DNA of 64,000 nt from Octopus vulgaris. Taxonomy: Eukaryota. Of this stretch, positions 50,155 through 62,685 are shown piece by piece. How positions within the stretch are numbered: the stretch's first letter is position 1; the number at the start of each line of letters is the position of its first letter. A program made the position numbers and the translations under genes. The stretch is from assembly GCA_951406725.2 (NCBI GenBank), contig OX597823.1, positions 16,244,001 through 16,308,000 on the forward strand, in the 5' to 3' direction. A model generated the notes under the pieces. That model was not told the origin of the DNA, did no database searches, and worked only from the letters and a program-made list of their open reading frames with translations.

Positions 50155-50502
50155 TTAACCCTTTCGCTACCAACCCGGCTGAAACTGCCTCTGGCTCTGT
50201 ATTACAAATGTCTTGCTTTCATAAGTTTTGAATTAAAATCTTCCACCACCAAACCTTAGTCACAATTTATGTTCCTAACACTAGCCAAATGATAACTAAG
50301 TTATTTCACGAAATTCTTTGTTCAGAAGGCTTCATCTGACTGGGCCTGATGAAGCCTTCTGGCTTCACAGACCCCAGCAGAACCGTCCAACCCATGCTAG
50401 CATGGAAAACGGACGCTAAATGATGATGATGATGATGATGATTTAATGTAATTGAAAGAAACACAGAACCCCTCAAAATAAATACAGTAACGAAAGGGTT
50501 AA
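50155..50502. mobile_element. piggyBac-like MITE family D (inverted relative to other copies) with nested family-C insertion
   Basis: TTAA|CCCTTTCG...CGAAAGGG|TTAA; insertion at 50323-50441. Confidence 0.88.
50323..50441 (+). mobile_element. Very short 5'-truncated family C insertion with inverted 5' extension
   Basis: CCCATGCTAGCATGG + (GAT)n tail; 14-bp foldback at the 5' end. Confidence 0.85.
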
Positions 50503-50878
50503 TTGTAACAGTATTGCATATTTTCTGTTGGAAAATAGAATAATAGAGTAGCCTCCCTTAATCCTTACATGCTCCCCCTTCTCTCTTTCTCTCTCACTTC
50601 AAATTTTACTATTCATCAATGTGGCTCATTCAATATCTCTAAAATGAGGGTATGACATTATACTAGATATTGAGTCTGTTCAGCATTTCTTCAATGTAGC
50701 TTCCTATTCAATACTTAATCTATTGATTATTCTTTGTCTTCCAGTGCTTCTGTAATACAGATGATAGAACTTTATTCACCCAGATACAATAAGAGTAAGA
50801 ATGTTAATGTTTAAGGTTTTTTTTTTTCAAAAAATAGAATCCAAGTAGATAAAAGGAAGAGAATGTGTGTTTGAATGA

Positions 50879-50927
<49 letters not shown>

Positions 50928-50981
50928 TTTTTGTTGTTGGCATCCTTTAGAAACACTGCGTCTCGGGAGACAATGGAGTTA

Positions 50982-51026
<45 letters not shown>

Positions 51027-52156
51027 ATTTGATTTTATGTATATTGTCCTTTACTAGCATGGGTTGGATAAGAACATATTACTGAGTTATGCCCTTCCTG
51101 CTAAAAGGCTCTAAGTTCTCTGTGTAAAAATATGCCATGGCTGTTTATTGTTCAATAGACTGGGAGATTATTGCTTCCCATGAAGGGCATCAGGTTGGAC
51201 GAGACTGCTTCGACATACTCTTGTCTGAACGATGCAAGCACAGAAAAGTAGATGTTGAAATGATGATAGATTTTCCATCCCAAACGTCTCTTCATTTTTG
51301 CAGAGTTCCCTCATCACTACCACCACATTCATACAAGGCTGACTGTTCTTCTAAAAACAGCACTTTTGTCTATTACAAATACTAGACAAGGAGTTGACCC
51401 AGGTAGTATTGCCTCAACAGACTGGATCTTTTGGTTTTACATGCCGCCAGCAGGTATCTGGATTCTTTTTGAAGGAGCTTGATTTGAGTTAGCCAGAGAC
51501 CTTACATCTGATGGCCAAGATGGTGAAAATTAGTTACGCTGCAATACAAGTTAATTTGCTTATGTTCCAGTATCATTTAGAAAAATGAAAATATTACCTT
51601 GGGTATCTTATCAGCAAGAACATAAGATTTGGCCTGTGACTGAGGAAACTGGAGATCAATTTGATGGCAGACCAGCTTACTGTTATCCATCTTTCATACA
51701 TAGGAAGCAGTTGCCATTTAGCATCAGCAAACAGATTTGAATTGAAGAATAAAATATTTATCTAGAGAGATGTAAATTTATTTGAATTTAGTCTTAATCT
51801 AATCATTATCATCATCATCATCATCATCATTGTTGTTTAACATCCGTCTTCCATGCATGCATGGTTGACAGGAGTCAGCCACGTAGAAAATCTACCCAAG
51901 GCTGCTGTGTCTGTTTTGTTACACTCTTTCATCTTCTGACATAAATGCCTTGACCCTCTCATAATTCCTTGTCTTGTGAGTTACTTGGTTACCCTACCAG
52001 TGCTGGTGCCATGTTAAAAGCATCCAGTCCACACTGTAATATGGTTGCCGTCTGGAAGAGCATCCAGCTGTAAAAATCTTGCCAAAACTAACTTCACTTG
52101 TGCTAGTGCCATGTAAAATCCACTGAGTCCACTCTGTGGATAATAGTTCAACCACT

Positions 52157-52384
52157 TTAACCCTTTAGCATTCCCATTAATCTAACAAATGTAATGCTTA
52201 TTGATTTACATTATTCTGAATTCATCATGCACTATCATATAGTTTCGAGATTTCGATGATATAACTGTTTGTTTTTAAAATGACATTGTAGGATAGGTGT
52301 GAGAGGCCAGATCTGACTGATTTGAAGATAAAACAAGAAGACTATTTTGGCCGGATATGGCCGGTTTGAATGCTAAAGGGTTAA
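52157..52384. mobile_element. piggyBac-like MITE, family E (inverted relative to 1690-1917)
   Basis: TTAA|CCCTTTAGCATTC...GAATGCTAAAGGG|TTAA, perfect 13-bp TIR. Confidence 0.88.
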
Positions 52385-52875
52385 ACTATCATATGTCCCT
52401 TTATCACCTATGCCCTTATTGGTCATCTCTCATGCACACACTTGTCAGTCCATCCTGTGTCACACTGTGGTGTGACTAAAGAAGACGGATTTAATTTTTT
52501 TCTGTTCACTGTACAGTGCTTCCAGTGCAAGTCAGAATGACTCCTCAGCTATCTGACCATTTCATCAACTCTTTGTACCATTTCATTCTTATATTTCTTA
52601 TCTGCCATGACACACATGCTTAATAATCTTCATCAGATGCACCCTACCTATACCCCCATCCCAGCCATTTGCTATTGACATCATTTATCCTCACTATATA
52701 TCCCACTCTCTTTCCTATTGCCTCTAGTGCTGGTACCACTGTAAAATGCACCCATTAACTGTGTGGGGGTCAGAACATAACCTCCCCAGTGTTTGAGTTA
52801 CAAAAAAAAATGTACCCAGTAAAATTGTTGGTGTTAGGAAGGACATCCAACTATAAAATACAAAGTAAAATTGAA

Positions 52876-53106
52876 GGCGGTGAGCTGGGAGAAACGTTAG
52901 CGCGCCAGGCGAAATGTTTAGCGGTATATCGCCTGCCGCTACATTCTGAGTTCAAATTCCGCCGAGGTCGGCTTTGCCTTTCATCCTTTCGGGGTCGATA
53001 AATAAAGTACCAGTTTCGCACTGGGGTCAATGTAATTGACTTAATCCCTTTGTCTATCCTTGTTCGTCCCCTCTATGTTTAGCCCCTTGTGGGTAGTAAA
53101 GAAATG
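52876..53106 (+). mobile_element. SINE family B, full length
   Basis: 19-bp TSD AATACAAAGTAAAATTGAA (52857-52875 / 53107-53125). Confidence 0.92.
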
Positions 53107-53275
53107 AATACAAAGTAAAATTGAAATTTACAAGCAAGCTGTGGTCCTTGAACCCCTCTGGGACCGAAGCAGTAATGGTGACTATTCAGTTTGAGGTTTC
53201 CTTTCTTAGTGTATGTTAATGTATCAGGTACCTCTAAGAATTCCTTTTTCAATAAATATCATTGTTCTGTTTTAG

Positions 53276-53452
53276 TTGTATGCATTGGTGAAGGTAAAAA
53301 TGGAAGAGATGCAACAGCATAACATGTCTTGGATTGAAGTCCAGTTCCTTAAAAAGGCCGTAGATGTACTTTGTCAATGTCGCCAGACACTTATGTACAC
53401 TTATGTTTTTGCATTCTATTTAAAGAAGAATAACCAGTCCATTATATTTGAA
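53276..53452 (+). CDS. ARIH1: ARIH1 exon (Ariadne domain): [59 protein letters not shown]
   Basis: ttttag|TTG, GAA|gtaagt; highly conserved ARIH1 sequence. Confidence 0.98.
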
Positions 53453-53899
53453 GTAAGTAACAACTCTGTCATTTCTTCAGTTACAAATATTTGAAAATTC
53501 TTTATGCAGCAAAATAATTTCTTCAGTGTTTTTCGTTGTAATCTGATTAACATTTATTTTATTTATCTTCTTTTTAATAATGATTTATAAGTTTAGTCAT
53601 GTATTACTCTGTGTGTGCGTGTGACATATATTAGCAATCATGTATTATTGAGTGCATTTGAAAACTTTACAGACTCCTCCTTCCCTCTAGTTTCCAACTG
53701 TAATGACTCTGTAAACAGTACTTCAACAACTAAACACTCTCCAACCAACTCTGTACTGCATACACTAGTAAAATCTCTCCCAAAATAATCTCTGCACTCA
53801 TCCAGCCTGACCACCATGTACACATACACACTCATTGCAAAAACACTTCTGGTTTTAAACCATCAAGGTTACTGATACTGACATTACCTCCCCTATTAA

Positions 53900-55850
53900 A
53901 CTCTAATACTGCATCCCAGAGGCAGCACCTATCACTGTCAAATGCTGAAATATTTCTCCTAGTCATCAGTATATAAGAGTGCCCATTGTCATTCAACATT
54001 AAACTCTTCCATTGTGAATGGTAAGACTATGATAAATAGAAGAGAACTGAGCTCTGAATCATTATCTGCAAACTAAATTTGTCACTATCCTCATTGCGAG
54101 CAGCACCCCTGTACATGGCTTCAATAGTTTACACAAGCTATTTGCCTACTCCTAGCTTTCTTCAGGTCATCGAACTGGGGGCTCTGTCAAAGGCTTTCTC
54201 TAGTTTGATAAATACTAGGTGCTACAGCTTACTCTTAGCTAAGTACTTTTCCTGTAAATGTCTCACTAGGAGGAAGGCATCTCATCCAGACTAACTCTTT
54301 CCTTAATCAGTTAAGCTATAATCTTTCTTCTTCATCTTTCATTATTTGGTCCAACAATTTGATGTTTCTGTAATTACCTGTCTCTAAGCCATCTCCTTTG
54401 CTCTTGTAGCAGTTTACTATGATTCTGCTATCCAGTCATTGAATATGGCACTTTGCACAACCTGGCTGACTATATGATAACTAGTCCACATCCTGTTCTG
54501 CAGGATGTTTTAAGCATTCCAGCAGTAATTCTGAATGCTTTCTGAGGAGAGGCTTTCTTTGCCTTCATAGCCTTAGTTACTTTATTTATATACTACTATC
54601 TTCAAGAATGGCTGCACCCTTTGTTGTGTCCATGCTGGGAAGACTCTTTTTGTTCCCTGCATTCTCCACGCTTAATAGTGTTTCTGAAAGAAAAGAGGGA
54701 AAGCAGTGGTCTTATGAAAGACCAAGTGCAAGTGTACCATTATCCATTTATACACACTTCTCACCTACATCATGGTTCTGGTATTTTGCTGTGTAATTTG
54801 GTGCATTTCATGTCATCTAACATTTGTCAAACTTCTCATCTTTTTTCTTTGCTAAGTAAACCTGTCACCTAGCATCCCCTCCAGCAACCTGATATAAATC
54901 TCTGCTGCCTCTATTCTCTGTCTTTCCAGGCCTGTCACTTTGTTGCTGTGACTCCAACATTTAGTTTTGGCTGGAACCTAGTACCAGCAACAGACTTGGT
55001 CTGTAGCTCTCAGCAGGAACTTCTAATTGTCTTCTCTGCTCTCCTCCTGCCTATCATCAAATGCTTCAACTAGCATTTCTGTAAACTTTCGATTGTTTGC
55101 TGGTTCTTTAAGCTTCCATATCTTCCTTTCTGAGAGTTTCTGCTTTTGAGTCTTCCTAGTCCAAATCTGAAGTTGTTTTTCACTAACTGATGTCAGGTTT
55201 TATATTCTTCACCAGGGAAAGATTTTATTTTCGCAACCATATTTGTCTATCTCATTTCCTACTGAGAATTAAATCTATTTGGTGTATGTGCTCACCAGAT
55301 TCATAAGTGATCAAAAATTGGTTTATTTCCTGAAATTAGTGTTGGAGATTATCATGTCATTTGCACCACAGAACTCCTGCGGCTTTCTCTCCTCATTTTA
55401 GAACCCATGCTTCTTTGCACACCATGGAATCCATCAGAGTGCTGTCCAAAATGTCCATTGAGGTAGCCTTCATGAAGGCCTCATACTTAGTCTTTCTGTT
55501 CATCTATCAGTTTAAATTGTGGAGCGTAAACAGATAAATGTCACAACACTAGTTCAAGCTTCATTATTATCCTATTACTCACTCTTTCTTGATCATTTTT
55601 ATTTACACATTTTTCTGCTGATTGTATGCATACTCTACCCACACCATCATTATTGCCTATCCAGAAGAATTTAAACATTTGTTCCTTGCTTATGACAAAT
55701 CTTACAGAGAGGCTCCTCTATCTTCCCTCATGCACACAGCACATGCTGCTAACACTCTATGATTTCAACAGTCTCTCCCAACATACCTTTCATTGTGTTT
55801 ACATTGATTGTGGGTAACTGGGGAACAGTTTCCCCACTTCTGAAAAGGTT
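53900..55850 (-). pseudogene. Degenerate RTE-clade LINE (AP-endonuclease to RT)
   Basis: Minus-strand SVYAP (~55521-55535), GYLNGHFG (GDFNGHVG-like, ~55443-55468), IWKLKE, LVFIKLEKAFD (~54186-54218); boundaries approximate. Confidence 0.75.
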
Positions 55851-56481
55851 TGCCAAGCATGTAGCAGGCTCTTGGACACATGCAAATATCTAAATATCTC
55901 CTCAATGATTTAGTATTACCTCTAAGCACTAAAGCAGCAGGACAAAGTGTTTGCAAGAAAAGGAAAGGGGGTGTGTGTGTGTGTGTGTGTTTGTGCTTTG
56001 CTTAGTTTGTATTGTGAAATATTTTTGTTTTGAATTATCTCTCAAAACTGTTATATAATTAAATTAGCTCTACTCAATAGTGTATGGTGTTATGTTTGAA
56101 ACCAGTGCAAAGTGGCTCTGGTTGTGTATAACAACAGCAGCAACAGTAATGTGGCGAGTCATGAACTAAAAGATGATTTGCCTCCTATGTGGTATCACAA
56201 TTTTCTTTATCCTTCTGTCTTTATATAATTTATTATCATCAGCTTCTTAATACTTATTTTTCCATGCTGGCATGGATTGGACAAGTCTATAACATCACCA
56301 ATCATCTTGGTTTTGTGTATGTAGCTTTTATTTTTCAATCCAAAAATTCTAATCAACACCTTCATCAATTGGCTTTGTCTCTTGTACAGTTTTCTTTCAA
56401 ACTATTCACAAACATCCTTTTCATCTGTATTTTCTTATATGAGAGTTTACATTTGAGTTTTTTGTTGTTTTTTCTTTGCAG

Positions 56482-56594
56482 GAAAATCAAAAGGATCTAG
56501 AAATTGCAACTGAACAGCTCTCTGAATATCTAGAACGAGAAATCACTTCAGACATGTTAGCAGATATTAAACAGAAAGTGCAAGATAAATATAG
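56482..56594 (+). CDS. ARIH1: ARIH1 exon: [37 protein letters not shown](R)
   Basis: ttgcag|GAA, AG|gtaatg; NQxDLExATExLSxYLER motif. Confidence 0.97.
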
Positions 56595-57569
56595 GTAATG
56601 ATATTTGTGTTGGATTTTACCGATGTTACTGACAGTTTCACATAGTCCCAATGTTATATCATAGGGGTTCATTGGGTTAGCCACTGTATAGTATTTGTAT
56701 CACGTGTCCCTTTACACAACCACTGAGTGGTATCAATGTCATCTGATAGGAGCCTGAAGAATATGGTAATTGGGTAGAACTGTTTGGATGCAGACGATTT
56801 GGCACGGCTAACTGCACAGTCAGCTTATTTTGGCCCTGGAGGCAAATGCATGTATACACAGAAGGAAAGATATATATCATCATCATCATCATCATTTAAC
56901 GTCAAGACATTATATTTATTAATTGGACAAAGGAGACAGGAGACATGATTTATTAATTGGACACGATTGACACACATGAAAAGAAATATTCTCACACAAG
57001 CAGAAAGAGAGGGATGCGGTTGGGGGAGAAGAGGAGAAACATTAAAACATCTGATGTCAAATAAGTTAGAATTGAATCAGCAACACCAAATAGGCTGGGC
57101 CAAAGTGTGTGTGTGATGTAGTTTTATGTAGTGTCTACATTAGGCGGTGGTGGTCATAGTTGAATTTTGAGGCAGCTGCTGAGTAGGGTTTACAGTCTAA
57201 ATCATAAGAGATTAAGAACAGAGATTTTGTTCTACACTCCATCCTCTTGTAGAATACCTCTGACCTCTAATGTAAAATTTTCTCTTTTTGTTGTACCTAC
57301 TATTCTACACATCAGATCCCATCAACATTTCTTGCTCTTGTTTAGCTCTGAGATCTGACTGAACAAACCCATTACCAAAGTGTTTTAGCTTTGGCTATTC
57401 CATCTTTTCATATATCTAGGACTATATTGTCCATTGTGTCTTTCCTCTTTTTTTTCCTTCTTCTAAGATGGTGAGGTGCAATGTGAGCAAATTTGGCTGC
57501 TGTTTTTAGCAAGTCAAATTTGGGCGGGATTTAAATGTTAAAACAGGACAGAGAATAAGCTCAGTAGTA

Positions 57570-58331
57570 TCTATTATATAAAATCCGTTCTGTCTGTCTT
57601 CTAGGATCTCGGGCATCCTCCATCCAATTGCGCTCAGATTTGATATGTAGATACTCACAGTATCAGGGCGTGTATAAGTCCTGAAAAAATTACAAAAATC
57701 GATTCCAGGTGAGAATGCGATTGATAAAGCCATACTCCCAGTCAACAGCCTTATCATTACTGGTACTTTAAACTCTTCGGTTGCATATTTGTGTGAATAA
57801 AATCGTTTTTCTTTGGAATAGAAAAAAAAGTCTATCTTTATTTCTTCTTTTGCTGGAGTCTCAAATTTAGGCTAAATCAGTGTTTCTCAAAGGGGAGGCC
57901 TATGGGATGGTTGGACAAGTTGTTTTGAGAAAATTTGGTTTAAATGTTTGACAACTCAGCCTTTCGTCTGTGCATAAGTCGCATGCTGCTTTTCATTGTT
58001 TTTCATACTGTTTGCAGCTAGGTTGAAGTAGTAACCTACGTAGTATGCTCCTTTTATGCTTTATACTTGTACTTTTAAATTGCCACTCTGGATTAACTAA
58101 CAATATGTGTAGCATTTATAGGCATAAGTCGCATGCTGCTTTTCATTGTTTTTCATACTGTTTGCAGCTAGCAGTTTCAGTTAGTTGCTAGTACAGTCTT
58201 AGAGCCATAGATATCATAGCAATAAATTTCTATAGTCTGTGCTCAGAACAAACAGCCAACTTGTACTTTTAAATTGCCACTCTGGATTAACTAACAATTT
58301 TGAGTAATATTCAGTATTGCATATTAGATGC

Positions 58332-58366
<35 letters not shown>

Positions 58367-58712
58367 ACTGCAAGTTTTAAGCCCAAACTAAGGTTCTGCC
58401 ACATGCTTTCAACCGATTCTGATGAAACTTGACACACACATAGCCCAATGTCATAATTCAAAACTAACGCAGCGAAAATTTTGAAAAGTTCCCCCAGTTC
58501 TGAAAAAAATCGATAAATTCGACATGGGGTCGAGAATGAGAAACCCAAACCACAGACCGTCTAGGGGACGCAACTCCACCTGTTTTAACTCTCAAAAAAA
58601 ATTTACCATCATTTTTTCCCCATTTTTTTGCTATTTTTTGGCTATAACTCTCTAAAAATGCTTTATAGTTATTTCCCTTACAAACCTGAGCAACGCCGGG
58701 CGATACTGCTAG
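57570..58712 (+). mobile_element. Non-autonomous Helitron with internal duplications and a (TG)n tract
   Basis: A|TCTATTATATAAAA...CCTGAGCAACGCCGGG...CTAG|T; last ~68 bp shared with 48534-48602. Confidence 0.88.
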
Positions 58713-59278
58713 TTTTATAATGAAGCACAATGTGTGTCCTGTTGGTCACACTTTGTGGGGGAAAATGTGTAAAGCAACAAATGGAGTGGGGGTGAGTGAC
58801 AGTCAGAGGCAGTAAAGCATACAAATAACTGTCGAAGATTTTCCTCTGAAAAATGCATTTTATTCCGAATTAAACTGAAATTTTATCATAAATTATATTT
58901 ACTTTATCAGTTTCACACACACACGCATACACTTTCATTTTATTCTTTTTAGTCCATTTTTCCATGCTTGCCCTTTTCAAATTTTGCTGATTTCATCAAT
59001 CTAAGAAATGTAAACGAGCATACATGCATGCACACATGCATATACACATACGTATGCACATCCATAGGTGTATACAAATATATATATATATACATTCATA
59101 CATCAACAGAGATGGTACAAGTGTGTCTGAGTTTTTAATTACTTCAATTCTGTGTATGTACATTTATTTACTAGGTTGCTGACCTTTAGCAGTGATTTCT
59201 CCCATTGTGTTGATGTGCCATTTTCTATCATTAATAAAACTTGGCATTCTTGATGACATGGGTATACTAGTGTGTGTT

Positions 59279-59331
<53 letters not shown>

Positions 59332-59544
59332 ACAATTTAATAAATAAAACATGCATACATACATATATGTACATACCTACATCTATGTACAGGACACCAC
59401 AAATAAACGTAGAACACAACGAGAAACGAAAACATAAAATCAAACAAGGAAACGGACTTTTTTTAACAACGAAAAAACAGAGTACAAGACAAACAATACA
59501 AGGAATATTCCCTATATATATATATATATATATATAATTGGCTA

Positions 59545-59732
59545 TATGGGTTCAGTCCCACTGCATGGCACCCAGAACGAGTGTCGTTGGTGAATTTGGT
59601 TGGCAGAAACTGTGTGGAAGTCTGTTGTGCATGAATGTACATATATAAGTCCTGGAGTCCATCCAACTAAAGACATCAAAGTGGTGCCCCAGCATGGCCA
59701 TGGCTACAACTTTCAAACTGAAACTAATAAAA
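59545..59732 (+). mobile_element. Degenerate, internally deleted family-A-related SINE (sense)
   Basis: GGGTTCAGTCCCACTGCATGGCAC head piece and GTGCCCCAGCATGGCCA...TGAAACTA tail piece. Confidence 0.6.
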
Positions 59733-59846
59733 AATACACACACACACAATCATACCACCAAATACAAATTTGTGGTCCATAGTTGAAATCCTTATTTTAT
59801 TTTACATTGAAAAAAAAAAAATTTAATCTACATTTTATCGTTTCAG

Positions 59847-59931
59847 GTATTGTGAAAGTCGACGTAAAGTACTTTTAGATCATGTCCATGAAGGCTATGA
59901 AAAAGACCTATGGGAGTACCAAGAATGCTAA
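59847..59931 (+). CDS. ARIH1: ARIH1 last coding exon: (R)[27 protein letters not shown]
   Basis: tttcag|G; [22 protein letters not shown] motif; TAA at 59929-59931. Confidence 0.97.
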
Positions 59932-60545
59932 ATATATATATGTATGTACATATATATGTATTTATATATATATGTATATATGTATGTGTGTATATATATA
60001 TGTATATATATATATGTATATATTTATACAGATAGCAACTTATCAGAGTACAAAGAATGCTAAAATGATGACCTATCAGAATATTGCTAAAAAAAAAAAT
60101 AAAAAACAAATTTCAAAAAAAAAAAAATTTGGGTTTCTATTCATCATACTGTAAAACATTTTTTGTATCCTAATGTGAAAATTCCTTTTTTTTTTTTTAA
60201 AACTTATAAATAAATAAATAAATCATTATTGCTTAAACATGAACAGAAACAACAATAACAACCAAACCAACCAACACTTTGTCCACTAAATGTTATGAAG
60301 TTGGAATGTCATCCTGAGAGCTGTTATTTTCAGTTGTGCTTAAGAAATTCTGATAAGAAACTTAACTGACCGTTGCAAAATGTCCCGTATTCTCTTTGAA
60401 TAAGCTGGGACTTTTTTTTTTTTTTGATTTGTTCAAAGAAATATACACTAATATGTGAAAAAAATTGAACTCTTAAAAAAAAAAGACATTTTATCACAAA
60501 AAGGAAAAAAAAGAGAAATTCCTACAATTAAATAAATAAAAAAAA
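59932..60545 (+). promoter_or_regulatory. Proximal ARIH1 3' UTR with candidate AATAAA polyadenylation signals
   Basis: A/T-rich sequence after the stop, with AATAAA clusters near 60098, 60209-60222 and 60531-60540; the true transcript end cannot be determined from sequence. Confidence 0.5.
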
Positions 60546-60673
60546 ATTTTAAAAATACAAGAAGTCAGAATGTTTCAGTTTTGATTCTTTGTTTTTAATG
60601 TTATTCTTGTTTTGATATTCATCAGTCATTAATCATGTCAACATCTACTTTTCCCTGTTTGCATGGGCCAGAC

Positions 60674-60865
60674 ATCATCATTGTTTAGCGTCTGCTTTCC
60701 AAGCTAGCATTGGTTGGACGGTTCAACTGGGGTCTGGGAAGCCAGAAGGCTGCACCAGGCCCAGTCTGATCTGGCAATATTTCTACGGCTGGATGCCCTT
60801 CCTAACGCCAAGCACTCCATGAGTGTAGTGGGAGCTTTTTACGTGCCACCGGCACGAGGCCAGTT
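60674..60865 (-). mobile_element. Family C RTE-derived element
   Basis: Reverse complement of the family-C tail with one array module. Confidence 0.85.
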
Positions 60866-61640
60866 GGGGCAGTCAAATATAATGAATAAAAATAAGTACA
60901 TTACAACTTAAAATGTCTTGATTTGCACCATGTTCTTGTCACCCATCGTAAGACAAGAATTTAAAACAATTTTTCTGTGGCCTAATACCTCTCATGTTGC
61001 CAACACTTGCTTCCAGTCAGTATTCTGTTTCAGTCTGTTGGAGAGAGTGAACGTACAGGACATGTTTTCACAGAAAATTGCAATCTAACAATACTGTTTG
61101 TATGAATGGTGACAGCTTACAGTCAGTGCATGTCAATACAAAAGAAATGCACTTACACACACGCCCACTCAAATTTATCAAGCTTATTCTAGTTTCTGTG
61201 TACCAAATTCTACTCAAAAAATATTGATCAATCCACAACTACAGATGATGTTCAAAGCTTCCTCACAGTGGGAGCGAACTCCAAACTGTTGAGTTCCTAA
61301 GAGAACTTTTTTAACCATGCAGCCATGCCTTCACCTATTATGTCCATGGCTATTATTATCTTCTTTAAATTCCTATTGTATGTTGAAAAAGAAATGACAG
61401 AAAATTTATAGTGGTCATTTGGTGAATTGTTATGTAGTGTCCGTATTGCATGCGGCATGAGTTGGGGTGGTTGACAGGACTGTGTCAATCTCCAGTATTC
61501 TGTTTTGGAACTGGACACAGGCTTCTGACCTGTTGGATCCTGTCAAATTTTCCAACCCCAGCTCAGAATGGAAAGTGTGCTAAGAGAATGAATGGTTATA
61601 TGTTACAGAACTACTTATGAACAATGAAGTGAGTTCATGC

Positions 61641-62008
61641 TCACAGGACAGCCTGCTGTGCTAACCTTGGATCGTAGAGTGACCTACTGTTCTTGAGGAG
61701 ACCTGTTGAGTCAAGTACATCAACATCAAAAATTCGAATGGTAATTGTAGTTAAGACACCAGTGCTGGTGACACGTGAAAGCACCAACTGATCCTGGCCG
61801 TTTGCCAGCCTGCGCTGGCTCCTGTGTTGGTGGCACGTAAAAGACACCCACTACACTCATGGAGTGGTTGGCGTTAGGAAGGGCATCCAGCTGTAGAAAC
61901 ACTGCCAAATCAGACTGGAGCCTGGTGCAGCCTCCATGGCTTACCAGTTCCCGGTTGAACCGTCCAACCCATGCTAGCATGGAAAACGGACGTTAAATGA
62001 TGATGATG
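61641..62008 (+). mobile_element. Family C RTE-derived element (2 array modules)
   Basis: Two GGTG(A/G)CACGT.AAAG modules, GGAAGGGCATCCAGC, (GAT)n tail. Confidence 0.85.
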
Positions 62009-62685
62009 TACATAGTGTACTGGGTGATGAAAAAACTACCAGTGAATACTTTGTATAATGAGTAAACTGGGCATAGAACAACTAGGTTACTAAATGAAAT
62101 ATCTACAAGTTAACACTCTGGACTGATATTGATGGTTGGTTTGAGGGTTCAAATTTAGTTCATATATCGTTCTGACTCAAGATAGGAACAACGTTTTTGC
62201 TTCACCCAGCTGTTACTGTAAAGGTACCAGGTTTGTTATTCAAAAAAGAAACAAAACTTTGTTTCACTCACCAACCTTCACCTTCTTTCTGCTTAACATA
62301 AAGTGTAACCAAGTATCACTTTTTCCTATTTGTGTAATTTATATTTGTAAATTACTTGTGTCCAGAAATTACCTTCACATACACCCAAACATACATAGAT
62401 GGTAACAATCAGATGAAAGAGCACTCACTACCAAACGAGTGTAAACAATTTATTTGGTCGGTCCTAACTGAAACCCTAGGCTTCACCAAATATGTTATTT
62501 ATTTAAATATGTTAATGAAAACTACTTGAAATTCAGCTACCTATGGTTTCCTAGAGAAAATATTAAATTTATTTCACTATTTTTCAAGCTGGTTATGTCA
62601 ACAGTGGATTAACAGCTCAAGTTGTAAAATGAGAGCAATCAAAGGGAGATAATTCTCTGACCAGCAAAATAGAACCAGGCTCTTA

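Larger units (their letters stand above)
16818..59931 (+). other. ARIH1: ARIH1/ariadne-1 gene span (13 coding exons in window; 5'-partial)
   Basis: Exons of 68,79,81,149,67,107,115,131,58,84,177,113,85 nt join with consistent phases and GT-AG boundaries into one open frame (1314 nt) recognisable as ARIH1 from IPATITRILLNHFNWDKE to [11 protein letters not shown]. Confidence 0.97.

Noticed and set aside
50346-50372. Hammerhead ribozyme core (CTGATGA + stem AGCC/GGCT; CTGACGA at ~40693)
   Set aside because: The stem is followed by TCAC rather than the required GAAA, and no stem I/III with an NUH site is evident.
59917-59931. C-terminal prenylation signal
   Set aside because: YQEC* has Cys as the last residue and is not CaaX, CC or CxC.
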